A DNA stretch of 64,000 bases. It comes from Candidatus Minusculum obligatum. GTDB lineage: Bacteria > Patescibacteriota > Minisyncoccia > Phycocordibacterales > Phycocordibacteraceae. This document shows positions 38,170-51,224 of the stretch, in pieces. The stretch spans positions 419,079 through 483,078 of the forward strand of contig CP174360.1 in NCBI GenBank assembly GCA_045401155.1, read 5' to 3'. The notes under the pieces are model-generated. The model ran no database searches. It saw only the letters and a list, made by a program, of their open reading frames with translations, and had not been told where the DNA came from. Position 1 is the first letter of the stretch. Each line of letters begins with the position of its first letter. The translations under genes were made by a program, and so were the position numbers.

Positions 38170-39270
38170 TCAAGAATGGAGAAATACCATTACATCTCCA
38201 TCCTGAACAATATATTCCTTACCTTCCGTACGAACTTTTCCTAGCTCTCGAGCCTTTCCGTAGCTTCCTGCCTCAAGTAAATCCTGCGTGTTAATAACCT
38301 CAGCACGAATAAACTTATCTTTAAAATCCGTATGAATTGCAGATCCTGCAACAGGTGCCGTACTATTCTTTTTAATAGTCCATGCTCGTGTCTCTTTATC
38401 TCCTGTTGTAAAAAATGTAATAAGACCAAGAATCTGATAACTCTTTTGAATAAGTTCAGCTAATCCATCTCCCTGAGCACCAAGCTCTTGCCTAAATGAC
38501 TCTTTATCTTCTTCTGCAACATCATTTAAATCACGCTCAGTCTGTGCGTCCATAATAATGTACTCTCCTCCCTGTTCCTTTATATAATCAAACGCAGCAT
38601 CAGCCCGACCATCATTCAATTCATGTAGATTATGCCCTCCTGTCTTTGTATTAAGCGCATAAAGCATTGGCTTGTATGTAAGAAAGGCCATTTGCTTTAC
38701 AAATGGAAGCTCCTCTTCCTTAAACTCAAGTGCGCGCACCGGAATACTCTCTCGAAGTGCATGCAGCACTTTACGCAATACCTCATCTTCTAGCTTTGCC
38801 TCTTTATCTCCACGCTTCACATCTCGCTCAAGCTTTTGTAACCGCTGATTAACACGCTCAAGATCTGAAAGCATTAATTCAAGATTGATAACCTCCATAT
38901 CCTTAATTGGTTCAATCTCTCCTGATACGTGCGTAATATCTGAGTCATCAAAGAAACGCACTGTATGCAAGATCGCATCTACTTCACGAATATTAGAAAG
39001 GAACTGATTTCCAAGCCCCTCTCCCTCTGAAGCTCCTTTTACAAGTCCTGCAATATCTACAAACTCTACTACTGCTGGAATCTTCTTCTCTGATTTTGAA
39101 AACGAAGCAAGTGCATCAATACGAGGATCCGGAACAGGAACTACACCGACTGATGGATCAATAGTACAAAATGGGTAATTCTCTACCGCAACCTCGTGTT
39201 TTGTGAGTGCACAAAAGAGCGTGGACTTCCCCACGTTCGGCAGACCTACAATTCCCATCTTTAGCGACAT
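38170..39270 (-). CDS. ychF: redox-regulated ribosome-binding ATPase YchF
   Basis: G1 GLPNVGKST, Obg-family architecture with C-terminal TGS domain. Confidence 0.95.
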   Translation of the reverse strand: MSLKMGIVGLPNVGKSTLFCALTKHEVAVENYPFCTIDPSVGVVPVPDPRIDALASFSKSEKKIPAVVEFVDIAGLVKGASEGEGLGNQFLSNIREVDAILHTVRFFDDSDITHVSGEIEPIKDMEVINLELMLSDLERVNQRLQKLERDVKRGDKEAKLEDEVLRKVLHALRESIPVRALEFKEEELPFVKQMAFLTYKPMLYALNTKTGGHNLHELNDGRADAAFDYIKEQGGEYIIMDAQTERDLNDVAEEDKESFRQELGAQGDGLAELIQKSYQILGLITFFTTGDKETRAWTIKKNSTAPVAGSAIHTDFKDKFIRAEVINTQDLLEAGSYGKARELGKVRTEGKEYIVQDGDVMVFLHS

Positions 39271-39271
39271 A

Positions 39272-39499
39272 CTATTTCATTAGCTCTTGAAGCTCTGCTT
39301 GATATTTCTTCATCACTTCAATACTTGCCTTCATTTGATCTTCTCCACCCTTTTTTACTCGGTGATCGATCTCTTCTCCAATTTTTTTAAACAAATCAGG
39401 ATTTTTTTCGATCATTGCGATCATTTTCTCCTGCTGATCTTGTGGCACATTCTTCATTTGGTGTTTTAGAAGCTGCCGTGTGAAAAAATTCTTTAACAT
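39272..39499 (-). CDS. small hypothetical protein
   Basis: 75-aa charged helical ORF, 1 nt downstream of ychF; no motif. Confidence 0.3.
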   Translation of the reverse strand: MLKNFFTRQLLKHQMKNVPQDQQEKMIAMIEKNPDLFKKIGEEIDHRVKKGGEDQMKASIEVMKKYQAELQELMK

Positions 39500-39587
39500 G
39501 CGCGGAGTATAGCATGAAGCGCATACTCTTAAATTATTGACCTTAAATAATAAATATTGTATTATTTTCAGGTTATTTTAAGGAATT

Positions 39588-41177
39588 TTGAGCTCAAAAA
39601 TGAAAATTGTATCAAAAGCGCTTGCGCTACTTACAAAGCCAGTTACTTGGTTTAAAAACTTACGAAAGCGAATGAAATTGCTTGTGCTTGCAGTGCTTGC
39701 GTTCCTTTTCATTGGAATTATTGCGAGTGTGCTTTTTGGACCAAAGACTACAGATGAAGATCTACAAGATACATCATCGGTAGTTGAACTTAAGTCTCCG
39801 CGAGAGATTGCAACAACACTAGATCCCCTACCTCTTGTAGGTAACGTACGATCTGCAACAGAGGCAACAATTTTAACTGAAGCATCAGGGCGAGTTACTC
39901 GTGTATACCGATCTCTTGGAGATTATGTAAGCGCTGGATCTGTTATCGCAGAAATCGAGAACAGCTCTGAGTATGCTGCTGTACTACAAGCAGAAGCAAA
40001 CCTTGCACGTGTTGAAGACTCTTCAGAAGATGAGCAGCTAAGTTCTGCAATAACCGGACTACAAACAGCAAAAGAGTCTTCTCTTGCGACAATCTTAAGC
40101 GCATACGCAACAGTACAAGATGCAATTCGTCAAAAAGCAGATGCAACATTTTCAAACCCAACAACCGCAAGTGCCGAGTATGAAATAAGCACAAGTGATT
40201 CTGCACTTGAAAATCAAATTGAAAGTAGGCGTGTAAGTATGCAACGCATTCTTTCTCGACAACAGGCAACCGGCGCAATTCTTACTACAGAAAGCAATCT
40301 TGATGTTGAGCTAAAGACTGCACTAGATGAATTAAAAGAGGTTCGCACATATCTAGATCTTGTTGTTGAGTCTCTAAACAAAGCTATTCCAAATAATGAT
40401 TTCTCTACAAGTGACATCTCAAGCTTTAGCACGAGTGTAAGTACTGGCCGAACCGCAGTTACTACGTCTATCTCATCTATTGCTGCAAGCATTGAAAACC
40501 TTGCTGCAAAACGTGCAGCAAAAGAGATTGCTGAAAACTCTCTTGAAAATAGCACCACAGGCGTAAAGCGACAGGATGTATTACAAGCAGAAGCATCTCT
40601 TGCTGCCGCACGTGCTGCATTTGAAAAGAAAGTTATTCGTGCACCATTCTCCGGAACGGTAAACGCTCTAAATATTGAGCTTGGACAGTTTGTGAGCGCA
40701 TTTGAACCTGCTGCAACGATTGCAAACAATGGGATTCTTGAAATTCGTGCATATATCACGGAGCGTGATAAAGAGTACGTATTCCCCGGACTTTCCGTTT
40801 CATCTCTTGATGGAATTAAAGGAACTATTACAGAGGTGGCGCCCGCACTTGATCCAATTACAAAGCGTATTGAAGTGCGCATTGCCCTAAGTGATACAGG
40901 ATCTATTACAAACGGACAGTCTATTCGACTTCTTGTGGAACGCACAAAAGAAAATGTAGAAGTAGTAACTCCTATTGTGCCCCTAACTGCAATTACCTTT
41001 AAAGGAAACGATCCTTTTGTCTTCACTGTAGATCAAGAAAATACTCTTGTTGCAGTACCCGTAACGCTTGGTGTGATCCTTGGAGATCGAATTGAGATCG
41101 AAGGAATTGATGTGGATACACAAGTGGTAGTTGATGCACGAGGATTTCTAGAAGGTGAAGTAGTAACAACCAACTAA
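39588..41177 (+). CDS. efflux RND transporter periplasmic adaptor subunit (membrane fusion protein)
   Basis: N-terminal TM anchor, biotinyl/lipoyl-like half-motifs (VRSATEATILTEASGRVTRV...SVIAEIEN), unusually long Ala/Ser-rich coiled-coil, beta-barrel C-terminus. Confidence 0.8.
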   Translation: MSSKMKIVSKALALLTKPVTWFKNLRKRMKLLVLAVLAFLFIGIIASVLFGPKTTDEDLQDTSSVVELKSPREIATTLDPLPLVGNVRSATEATILTEASGRVTRVYRSLGDYVSAGSVIAEIENSSEYAAVLQAEANLARVEDSSEDEQLSSAITGLQTAKESSLATILSAYATVQDAIRQKADATFSNPTTASAEYEISTSDSALENQIESRRVSMQRILSRQQATGAILTTESNLDVELKTALDELKEVRTYLDLVVESLNKAIPNNDFSTSDISSFSTSVSTGRTAVTTSISSIAASIENLAAKRAAKEIAENSLENSTTGVKRQDVLQAEASLAAARAAFEKKVIRAPFSGTVNALNIELGQFVSAFEPAATIANNGILEIRAYITERDKEYVFPGLSVSSLDGIKGTITEVAPALDPITKRIEVRIALSDTGSITNGQSIRLLVERTKENVEVVTPIVPLTAITFKGNDPFVFTVDQENTLVAVPVTLGVILGDRIEIEGIDVDTQVVVDARGFLEGEVVTTN

Positions 41178-41178
41178 T

Positions 41179-44100
41179 ATGTTTCATTTCTGGAATTTCT
41201 TTCTATCTAAACGACCTTTTAGCTATCTGCTAATTGGAGCGTTCATTTTCTTTGGGCTTGTTTCAATTATTGCAATTCCTAAAGAATCAGCACCCGAGGT
41301 GAAGGTGCCTATTGGTGTTGTCTCATCTGGGCTTCCAAATGCTTCAGCTGAAGATATTGAGACCCTTATCACAAATAAACTTGAGCAGGAGTTTAAATCT
41401 TCTCTTGAGGGTGTAAAAAATATCACTTCTACAACACGAGAAGGATCTGTTGGAGTGGTTGTAGAGTTTGAAGCCTCTGCTGATCTTGAGGACTCTATCC
41501 GCAAACTACGTGACGCTGCAGATAATGCACGAAGCGAACTTCCTGATGATGCATTTGATCCAGTTGTATCTGAAATCAACTTTGCAGATCAGCCAATCAT
41601 GACCATTTCTGTGCTTGGTCCAGTTGCAATTGAAGAGCTCACAAGTATCGCAAACTTTGTAGAGGAAGAGCTTGAGAAAGTTTCTGGTGTATCAAAAGTA
41701 GATACTGGAGGAGTTCGAGATAAGGAGGTGCAAGTAATTGTCTCTCAAGAGTCTCTAAAAACATATGGGATTAACTTAAGTGATGTTGTGGGAGCACTGT
41801 CTCGTACAAACGCGTCACTTCCTGCCGGAGATATCACTATTGGAAATGCAAAGTACGCGATTAAATTTGAAGGAGACATCGATACACCTGAGGAAGTTGC
41901 GGATCTTGCAATTTTAAGTGTTGGTGGCCAGCCTGTTTATGTACGAGACATTGCCGATGTACGCGTGGGACTTGAAGAGACACGAACCATCTCTCGCGTA
42001 TCACTTGAAGGAGCAAATCCACAAAACGCTATTTCATTTTCTGTATATAAGCGAAGTGGTGGAGACATTACTCGCATCGCTCGATCAGTACACGAAAAGC
42101 TTGATGAGCTACGCAGCACAGATCAACTACAAGGACTACAAACACTTGTAACGTATGACATGGGTGAAGAAGTTGAGAAAGATCTCGTAAACCTTACGCG
42201 CACAGGACTGCAGACCGTATTCCTTGTAACTATCATTCTCTTTATTGCACTTGGATGGCGCGAAGCGCTTATTGCGGGTCTTGCAATACCTCTTTCATTT
42301 ATTATTGGGTTCATTGGCCTGTATAACTCAGGCAATACCCTTAACTTCGTATCACTCTTCTCTCTTATTCTTGCGGTTGGAATTCTTGTGGACTCAGCAA
42401 TTGTGATTGTTGAAGGAATCCATACACGAATGAAAAACTGGGAGGGCAAGTTACAAAGTGCTCGAGAAGCAATTAAGGAGTACAACTACCCTATTACTGC
42501 TGGTACGTTTACTACCATTGCAGTATTTGCGCCCTTATTCCTTGTATCAGGAGTGACCGGAGAGTTTATTGCATCTATTCCATTTACGATTATCTTCGTG
42601 TTGCTTGCATCACTATTTGTGGCGCTTGGTCTTATTCCTCTTATTGCGTCTTCATTTATGAAGCGACGAAGCACTTCTAAGATGGAAGAGATTCAGGAAA
42701 AGTACACTCATAAACTACAAGACTGGTACAAAGAAAAAGTACAGATCATTCTTGGAAAGAAGCGTCGAGAAACATTCTTTATTTGGGGAATTATTGGACT
42801 ATTTATTCTTTCATTTTTCCTTCCTGCACTTGGACTTGTAAAAGTTACATTCTTTGAACAAGGAGACGTGGAAAACTTGTTTGTAGACATTGAGCTACCG
42901 CAAGGAACAACACTTGCCCGATCTAACCTAGAAGCACAAAAGATTGAAGAGATTCTTTTACAAGATAGTCGCATCGCTGACTTCACCACCACTATTGGAC
43001 AAGCAAGTCCATTTAATGGAGAAGGAACTACAGACTCTAAATTTGCAAACATGCAAATTACCCTTGTTGAGGATCGAAAGGAAACAAGTACTGAAATTCT
43101 AAAAGATCTTCGAAAGAAGGTGGCACACATCACCACATCAGATATTCGTATCGATGAGCCAAGCGATGGACCTCCTACAGGAGATGCTATTTCTGTAGAA
43201 CTTCTTGGAAATAACCAGGATGAGCTTCTAATTGCTGGAGCGCAGGTAAAAGCACTCTTTGAAGATATTGAGGGTACCGCCAATATCCAGACAAGCGCTC
43301 GGGACAATGCTGCACAGTTTGTACTTTCTATCGACCGAGCTAAGGCTGTGGAGCTTGGACTCTCTCCTCTTGATGTAGCGCAGGTACTACGTACCTCAAT
43401 CTCAGGAGTAGATGCAACTTCAATCCCTCAGTCTGATACGGACGTAGATATTGTTGTAAAAACAAATCTTGCAACTGAGTATTCTGACCCACACGAGACA
43501 AATCGAGCGACACTTGATGAAGTACGGCAGCTAACCATCAACGGGCCACAAGGACCAGTGCTGCTCGGGTCTCTTATTACAGAGAGTTACGAGGTATCAA
43601 ATGCAGTAATCCGCCACAAGGATGGGAAACGTGTACTTACTGTTTCTGGAGATAAAACACCTGAAGCAAATACCTTCGCTATTGTTGCTGAGTTTATGCA
43701 GCGACAAGGTGAGCTTGACCTCCCATCTAGTGTAACTCTAAGCATTGGCGGAGAGTCTGATGAATCAAACCAGGCATTTGCTGAGATGCTTCTCTCACTT
43801 ATTGTAGGACTTCTCGCAATGCTCGCAATTCTTGTACTGCAGTTTAACTCATTTAGATATGCAGGATACGTGCTCTCAATCGTACCGTTCTCACTTATTG
43901 GAATCTTTGCAGGACTTGCGGTCTCAGGACAGCCACTATCGTTCCCTTCTGTGATGGGATTCATCGCCCTTACAGGAATTGTGGTGAATAACTCAATTAT
44001 TCTTATTGATGTGATGAACAATATTCGTCGCGAGAATCCAGATAAGAGTATTGAAGATGTGGTGCTTGAAGGAACAACAAGCCGTCTACGGCCAATCCTC

Positions 44101-44316
44101 CTTACAACACTTACAACTGTGATTGGAGTTATGCCACTTCTATTCTCTTCAGCACTATGGGCACCACTTGCCTGGGCAATCATCTTTGGACTTACATTTT
44201 CAGTAGTCCTTACACTTATCCTCATTCCTATCATCTACCGACGATGGCCAGGAGTTCTTCCTGAAGAAAAAGAAAAGCTAAAACTACAAGCTGAAGAAGC
44301 TGTAGCAAAACAATAA
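41179..44316 (+). CDS. RND efflux transporter permease (AcrB/HAE family)
   Basis: 1045 aa with 12 TM and two large periplasmic loops; start is 2 nt after the adaptor stop. Confidence 0.95.
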   Translation: MFHFWNFFLSKRPFSYLLIGAFIFFGLVSIIAIPKESAPEVKVPIGVVSSGLPNASAEDIETLITNKLEQEFKSSLEGVKNITSTTREGSVGVVVEFEASADLEDSIRKLRDAADNARSELPDDAFDPVVSEINFADQPIMTISVLGPVAIEELTSIANFVEEELEKVSGVSKVDTGGVRDKEVQVIVSQESLKTYGINLSDVVGALSRTNASLPAGDITIGNAKYAIKFEGDIDTPEEVADLAILSVGGQPVYVRDIADVRVGLEETRTISRVSLEGANPQNAISFSVYKRSGGDITRIARSVHEKLDELRSTDQLQGLQTLVTYDMGEEVEKDLVNLTRTGLQTVFLVTIILFIALGWREALIAGLAIPLSFIIGFIGLYNSGNTLNFVSLFSLILAVGILVDSAIVIVEGIHTRMKNWEGKLQSAREAIKEYNYPITAGTFTTIAVFAPLFLVSGVTGEFIASIPFTIIFVLLASLFVALGLIPLIASSFMKRRSTSKMEEIQEKYTHKLQDWYKEKVQIILGKKRRETFFIWGIIGLFILSFFLPALGLVKVTFFEQGDVENLFVDIELPQGTTLARSNLEAQKIEEILLQDSRIADFTTTIGQASPFNGEGTTDSKFANMQITLVEDRKETSTEILKDLRKKVAHITTSDIRIDEPSDGPPTGDAISVELLGNNQDELLIAGAQVKALFEDIEGTANIQTSARDNAAQFVLSIDRAKAVELGLSPLDVAQVLRTSISGVDATSIPQSDTDVDIVVKTNLATEYSDPHETNRATLDEVRQLTINGPQGPVLLGSLITESYEVSNAVIRHKDGKRVLTVSGDKTPEANTFAIVAEFMQRQGELDLPSSVTLSIGGESDESNQAFAEMLLSLIVGLLAMLAILVLQFNSFRYAGYVLSIVPFSLIGIFAGLAVSGQPLSFPSVMGFIALTGIVVNNSIILIDVMNNIRRENPDKSIEDVVLEGTTSRLRPILLTTLTTVIGVMPLLFSSALWAPLAWAIIFGLTFSVVLTLILIPIIYRRWPGVLPEEKEKLKLQAEEAVAKQ

Positions 44317-44321
44317 AGAAA

Positions 44322-44355
44322 GGCCCCGGATTATTAGTCCGGGGTTTTTCCTTTT
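44322..44355 (+). terminator. intrinsic terminator after the RND operon
   Basis: GGCCCCGGA-TTATTAG-TCCGGGGTTTTTCCTTTT. Confidence 0.5.
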
Positions 44356-44840
44356 CCTTCTATGTACGCAAAGAGCAGATTTCCGAGCATGTCTCCTAGA
44401 ACATGCCGCAGAGGACGCATGCGATCAATGCGAGTTCGAATCTTTTTCGTATTCGCTTGAATCATGCGACTAAATCGATTCATGCTCGCATGACAATCTC
44501 GATTTTCATTTGAGCTTCTGCTTAATCGGCGGGTAAACTCCTCTTCTTCTCGGTATTTAACAATGAAGCGCTTTCGATCGTCAACGAGATCAATAAAATC
44601 TCTGAGAACAGGATACCTATCCTCCATTTGCTGAAGGATTTTATAATCGATACCGAGAAGCACAGGTGCTTCCCAGCGCTTTTTTTGATTCTCAATCCTC
44701 CGAAAGATTTGATTCCCGTAAAGCGCGGCGCATGCATGGCATGCATCGAAAAGATCTCCGTCGTTCCAAAGCGGAACTTCCGAAGAAAGTTTCTCCAGAA
44801 ACCCAAGAGTATCTGAAGAAAGTCTATGCATCTTTCCCAT
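44334..44840 (-). CDS. hypothetical protein
   Basis: 168-aa ORF with coding-like composition; no motif. Confidence 0.35.
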   Translation of the reverse strand: MGKMHRLSSDTLGFLEKLSSEVPLWNDGDLFDACHACAALYGNQIFRRIENQKKRWEAPVLLGIDYKILQQMEDRYPVLRDFIDLVDDRKRFIVKYREEEEFTRRLSRSSNENRDCHASMNRFSRMIQANTKKIRTRIDRMRPLRHVLGDMLGNLLFAYIEGKGKTPD

Positions 44841-44898
44841 TAGATCCTCCCAAGTTGTGATCTGCAGACAAGATACGTTAAACCTTTGCCAAAATCAA

Positions 44899-45144
44899 TT
44901 AGAGAATAACCGTCGCCTGATTGTTAGAAACCTCAAGCACTCCAGCATCTCCTATTTCAATATCATGTCGATGCTCTTTTTCATCGTAGATAATTGCCTT
45001 ACACGGCACTACAGGAGCCACGTACGGCTCATGGTCCGCAAGAATAGTCACTTCTCCATCTCCACATGTGATGGTAAGGGAGTGAGCCTCTCTTTCATAG
45101 AGACTCTCTCCAACCTTTGCCAATGTAAGATGAAAAGTTTTCAT
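44899..45144 (-). CDS. atpC: F0F1 ATP synthase subunit epsilon (short, beta-sandwich only)
   Basis: Operon position after atpD; beta-sandwich-like 81 aa without the C-terminal helical hairpin. Confidence 0.8.
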   Translation of the reverse strand: MKTFHLTLAKVGESLYEREAHSLTITCGDGEVTILADHEPYVAPVVPCKAIIYDEKEHRHDIEIGDAGVLEVSNNQATVIL

Positions 45145-45145
45145 A

Positions 45146-47433
<2,288 letters not shown>

Positions 47434-47434
47434 G

Positions 47435-48979
47435 TTATGAACGTGACTTAAATGCCTCTACAAGCTTGTCTAGCTTTTCTTTACTCTCATCGCTTACTTC
47501 CTTTGAATTCTTGATTGCCTCAAGTACGACAGCACCTTCTCGGGCCAAGAAGCTTCGGAAATCTTTTTCAAGATTTCGTACTGCTGCAGGATCAACATTG
47601 TCTAGAAGACCAGCTCCTGCTGCATATAGCACGGCAGCAATCTCCTCAAATGCCATAGGTGCCCCCTTGTCCTGATTCATAAGCTCTGTCATACGACGTC
47701 CTGAATCAATACGTGCCTTTGTGTCTTTATCAAGATCAGATGCAAACTGCGCAAAGGCCTCAAGCTCTCTAAACTGTGCAAGCTCAAGTCGTACTGTTCC
47801 TGACACCTTTTTAACGGCCTTTGTCTGCGCAGCAGATCCCACACGAGACACTGAAAGTCCTACGTTGATCGCTGGACGAAGTCCCTTGTTAAAGAGATCT
47901 GACTCAAGATAAATCTGTCCATCTGTAATAGAAATTACGTTTGTTGGAATGTATGCAGATACATCGTTCTCTTGTGTCTCAATAATTGGAAGTGCGGTAA
48001 GAGATCCTCCTCCCTTATCTTTTGAAAGCTTTGCAGCTCGCTCAAGAAGTCGTGAGTGTAGGTAGAAAATATCTCCAGGATAGGCCTCTCGCCCAGGAGG
48101 ACGTCGAAGAAGCAGCGACATCTGTCGATACGCTACCGCCTGCTTTGAAAGGTCGTCATACACTACAAGTGCATCTTGCCCTCGATCCATAAAGTACTCT
48201 CCGATTGCAGCTCCTGCATATGGAGCAAGGTATTGAAGCGCTGCAGGCTGGGCTGCTGAAGCTGTAACTACAATGGTGTAGTCCATTGCACCCTTCTCTG
48301 TAAGCTCAGCTACGATACGTGCAGTCTTAGACTCCTTCTGCCCAATCGCTACATAAATACAAATTGGACGATTCTTTGCTGGCTCATTCTTCTGATTAAG
48401 AATGGTGTCGATCGCAATTGTTGTCTTTCCTGTATATCGATCTCCAATAATAAGCTCTCGCTGTCCTCGTCCGATTGGAATCATGGCATCAACCGCCTTA
48501 ATCCCTGTGTGAAGTGGCGTATCAACTGGAGATCGCTCAATCACACCGTATGCATCTCGCTCAATTGGCACATATGTCTTTGCGTTTGTTTTTCCTTTTC
48601 CATCTACCGCTTCAGCAAGTGGGTTTAGTACTCGTCCGATAAGCTCATCTCCCACAGGGATAGACAGAAGTCGTCCTGTACGCCGTACAAGCATTCCCTC
48701 ATACACAGCATTAGCTTCTCCCAAAATAGCAGCCTTAATTCCTTCTTCTTCTAAGTTTAGAATGAGTCCGTATGTAAGTGAGTCATCTTTAAGTGCAGCT
48801 TCAAGTGAGCGGTCATGTGTGGTGTCGAAAATCACCATCTCCATCATCATGGCATCAGTTAGTCCTTCAATCTCAACAATACCGTCTCCAGTAGCGCGAA
48901 CATGACCAACTTCTTCCTGATGCTTCACGGGCGTGAAGGTTTCAATTTCTTTTTGAATTCTTTTGATTATTGCATCCAT
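47435..48979 (-). CDS. atpA: F0F1 ATP synthase subunit alpha
   Basis: Walker A GDRYTGKT and alpha-specific C-terminal domain. Confidence 0.98.
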   Translation of the reverse strand: MDAIIKRIQKEIETFTPVKHQEEVGHVRATGDGIVEIEGLTDAMMMEMVIFDTTHDRSLEAALKDDSLTYGLILNLEEEGIKAAILGEANAVYEGMLVRRTGRLLSIPVGDELIGRVLNPLAEAVDGKGKTNAKTYVPIERDAYGVIERSPVDTPLHTGIKAVDAMIPIGRGQRELIIGDRYTGKTTIAIDTILNQKNEPAKNRPICIYVAIGQKESKTARIVAELTEKGAMDYTIVVTASAAQPAALQYLAPYAGAAIGEYFMDRGQDALVVYDDLSKQAVAYRQMSLLLRRPPGREAYPGDIFYLHSRLLERAAKLSKDKGGGSLTALPIIETQENDVSAYIPTNVISITDGQIYLESDLFNKGLRPAINVGLSVSRVGSAAQTKAVKKVSGTVRLELAQFRELEAFAQFASDLDKDTKARIDSGRRMTELMNQDKGAPMAFEEIAAVLYAAGAGLLDNVDPAAVRNLEKDFRSFLAREGAVVLEAIKNSKEVSDESKEKLDKLVEAFKSRS

Positions 48980-48980
48980 A

Positions 48981-49337
48981 CTATTTCGTAATATTTCGAT
49001 AGAGCTCTACGAGCGACCGCTTATAACTTGTATCTGTTAAGATCCCATCTTTGTAGTGCTGCCACCCACCGATAAGATCTTTATTTATCACCGCACCTAC
49101 TTTTGTTCCTGCTTCTTTCCTTGCACGCGCAACATCCTTTCTTTTCCCTACCACAAGCAATTCTTTTCCTTTATTCCCATCTCCTTTCTCAAGTTGAGAG
49201 AGAATTGCAGGAAGCAGTTTCGCATGCCGCATTCTTTTAATACGACTTAGAAACTGCGCAAGCACTTTCTTTTGCTCTGCCGGAGTCTTATCCTGCAGCG
49301 CTTCTTTTAACGCCTTACTGTAATAGTGCGCGTGCAT
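48981..49337 (-). CDS. atpH: F0F1 ATP synthase subunit delta (short OSCP)
   Basis: Position between atpF and atpA; C-terminal OSCP-like block. Confidence 0.75.
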   Translation of the reverse strand: MHAHYYSKALKEALQDKTPAEQKKVLAQFLSRIKRMRHAKLLPAILSQLEKGDGNKGKELLVVGKRKDVARARKEAGTKVGAVINKDLIGGWQHYKDGILTDTSYKRSLVELYRNITK

Positions 49338-49338
49338 A

Positions 49339-49782
49339 TTATTTCTTCTCTAACACCTTTTCTGCTGCAAGAATTGCAAGGCGTGCCACATCCTTTTCTG
49401 CATCCTTCTTTGCTTTTTCTTTCACCTCTTTTGCGCGAAGTTTTGCATCTTCTTCAAGCTTTGCAGCTCGAAGATTTGCTTCGTCCACAATTTTCTTCTG
49501 CTCATCTTTTCCGTGTTGCTTTGCACCCTCTACAATGTCATGCGCTTCGTGCTCTGCACCTTTTAGAATCTCATCTTTTGATGACTCGATTTCTTCACGC
49601 GCCTTCTCTGCAGCTTGCGCATCCTCAACACCCTTTGCCACCATACTCTCTCGATCCTTCAGCATCTTTAGAACTGGCTTATATAGGAAAAACCATAGTG
49701 CTCCCACCAAAATTCCAAAGTTTATGATCTGGAATACAAGAAGTTTCCAATCAATTCCGAAAGCGTGAAAGAGTTCAGACAT
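49339..49782 (-). CDS. atpF: F0F1 ATP synthase subunit b
   Basis: Single N-terminal TM followed by a long charged Ala/Lys/Glu helix. Confidence 0.85.
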   Translation of the reverse strand: MSELFHAFGIDWKLLVFQIINFGILVGALWFFLYKPVLKMLKDRESMVAKGVEDAQAAEKAREEIESSKDEILKGAEHEAHDIVEGAKQHGKDEQKKIVDEANLRAAKLEEDAKLRAKEVKEKAKKDAEKDVARLAILAAEKVLEKK

Positions 49783-49784
49783 GG

Positions 49785-50030
<246 letters not shown>

Positions 50031-50094
50031 CTAATAATGGCTCATGTAAAGCCACGCATCGAACCACCTTAATGGGCCGATGCGTACCTTCACA

Positions 50095-50880
50095 CTAATG
50101 TGGCTCTGCCACGGCTATCTTTATGAAAAATAGCGTCAGCAATGCAAAGATTGCTGCCTGAATGAATCCCACAAAGAGCTCAAATCCCAGAAGTGGAACG
50201 GGAACCAAAAGTGGAATAAATGAAAATACCACCAAAATAAGTACCTTCCCTGCAAAAATGTTTCCGAATAGACGGAATGAGAAGGACACAAGTCGTGCTA
50301 ATTCACTAAAAAGTTCAATGATGCCGACCGCAAATGCTAGCGGCGACTTAAAATTAACAAATTTTCCAGCATATCTCAAAGCACCAAGGGTGATAATTCC
50401 TGCAATCTCAATTGCAAAAAGTGCAATTACAGAAAGTGCCAGCGTTACATTTAAATCTGTATTAACTGGATAGAAAAATGGCAGGAAGTGATCATGATCC
50501 ATAATTCCAATTGCACCAATGATTGGAAGGAGTCCAAACCAATTTGCGGTAAGTACAAAAAGAAAAATGGTCATCACTAGTGGAAAGACCCACTTAATCA
50601 ACTTTTCGTTGTACTCAAGTGTCTCTCGTACAAATGAATACGGAAACTCAATCATTGCCTCAACAGCAGCCTGCGTCTTGCCCGGGACAAGCTTTAGATT
50701 CCGCCCAAGAAAGTACGCTCCGATAATAAGAAGAAGACTAACCACCACGGTGGTGATCAATGTATTAGTGATCGGCAAACCAAAAAGGTGCGTGAGCACC
50801 GTTGGTTCAAGGTGAATACTAATTCCCTCTTTCATGTTGGTGGCAGTGTAGCATGTGAGAGGCATATGAGAAGTGGACAA
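50095..50880 (-). CDS. atpB: F0F1 ATP synthase subunit a
   Basis: Five TM helices with the conserved Arg in the penultimate helix (SFSFRLFGNIFAG). The annotated start abuts a terminator hairpin, so the true start may be an internal Met. Confidence 0.88.
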   Translation of the reverse strand: MSTSHMPLTCYTATNMKEGISIHLEPTVLTHLFGLPITNTLITTVVVSLLLIIGAYFLGRNLKLVPGKTQAAVEAMIEFPYSFVRETLEYNEKLIKWVFPLVMTIFLFVLTANWFGLLPIIGAIGIMDHDHFLPFFYPVNTDLNVTLALSVIALFAIEIAGIITLGALRYAGKFVNFKSPLAFAVGIIELFSELARLVSFSFRLFGNIFAGKVLILVVFSFIPLLVPVPLLGFELFVGFIQAAIFALLTLFFIKIAVAEPH

Positions 50881-50886
50881 AGTATG

Positions 50887-50915
50887 AAAAAACCTCGGTA
50901 ATTCCGAGGTTTTTT
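50887..50915. terminator. bidirectional intrinsic terminator between the small DUF378-like gene and atpB
   Basis: AAAAAACCTCGG-TAAT-TCCGAGGTTTTTT: perfect stem with A- and T-runs. Confidence 0.6.
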
Positions 50916-50937
50916 CTAGGAAATATAGTGAGAATCA

Positions 50938-51132
50938 CTACTTCTTCATAAACATATTGAAGAGCATATATAGTGCTGATATACCTACCAAAATGTAGAT
51001 AATATTTGCAATATTTCCTGCACCAAAGATAGCTTGTACTAAATCAAGCTGTGCAATACCAACCAGTCCCCAATTAATTCCTCCGACAAATACAAGGATA
51101 TATGCAATCCAATCAAGTGCATTCATTCGCAT
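50938..51132 (-). CDS. small two-TM membrane protein (DUF378-like)
   Basis: 64 aa, GINWGLVG...ILVGISALY pattern. Occupies the position often held by atpI/atpZ. Confidence 0.45.
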   Translation of the reverse strand: MRMNALDWIAYILVFVGGINWGLVGIAQLDLVQAIFGAGNIANIIYILVGISALYMLFNMFMKK

Positions 51133-51224
51133 AATGATTGTTCTGATTTGCTGGTAAAACGACCACTTTTATTTTACCACGCCACATATACCTCTTTTTT
51201 GTAAAGAAAAAAGAGGTGCATAAC

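Noticed and set aside
39943-41026. Long antisense ORFs (111 aa and 270 aa) inside the membrane-fusion-protein gene
   Set aside because: They are fully embedded antisense in a well-supported adaptor-subunit CDS, have Ser/Arg/Ala-rich low-complexity products, and show no motifs.
41223-44234. Several minus-strand ORFs (up to 215 aa) inside the RND permease gene
   Set aside because: They are antisense to a 1045-aa CDS with unmistakable RND architecture. Their products are Ser/Arg-rich and composition-driven.
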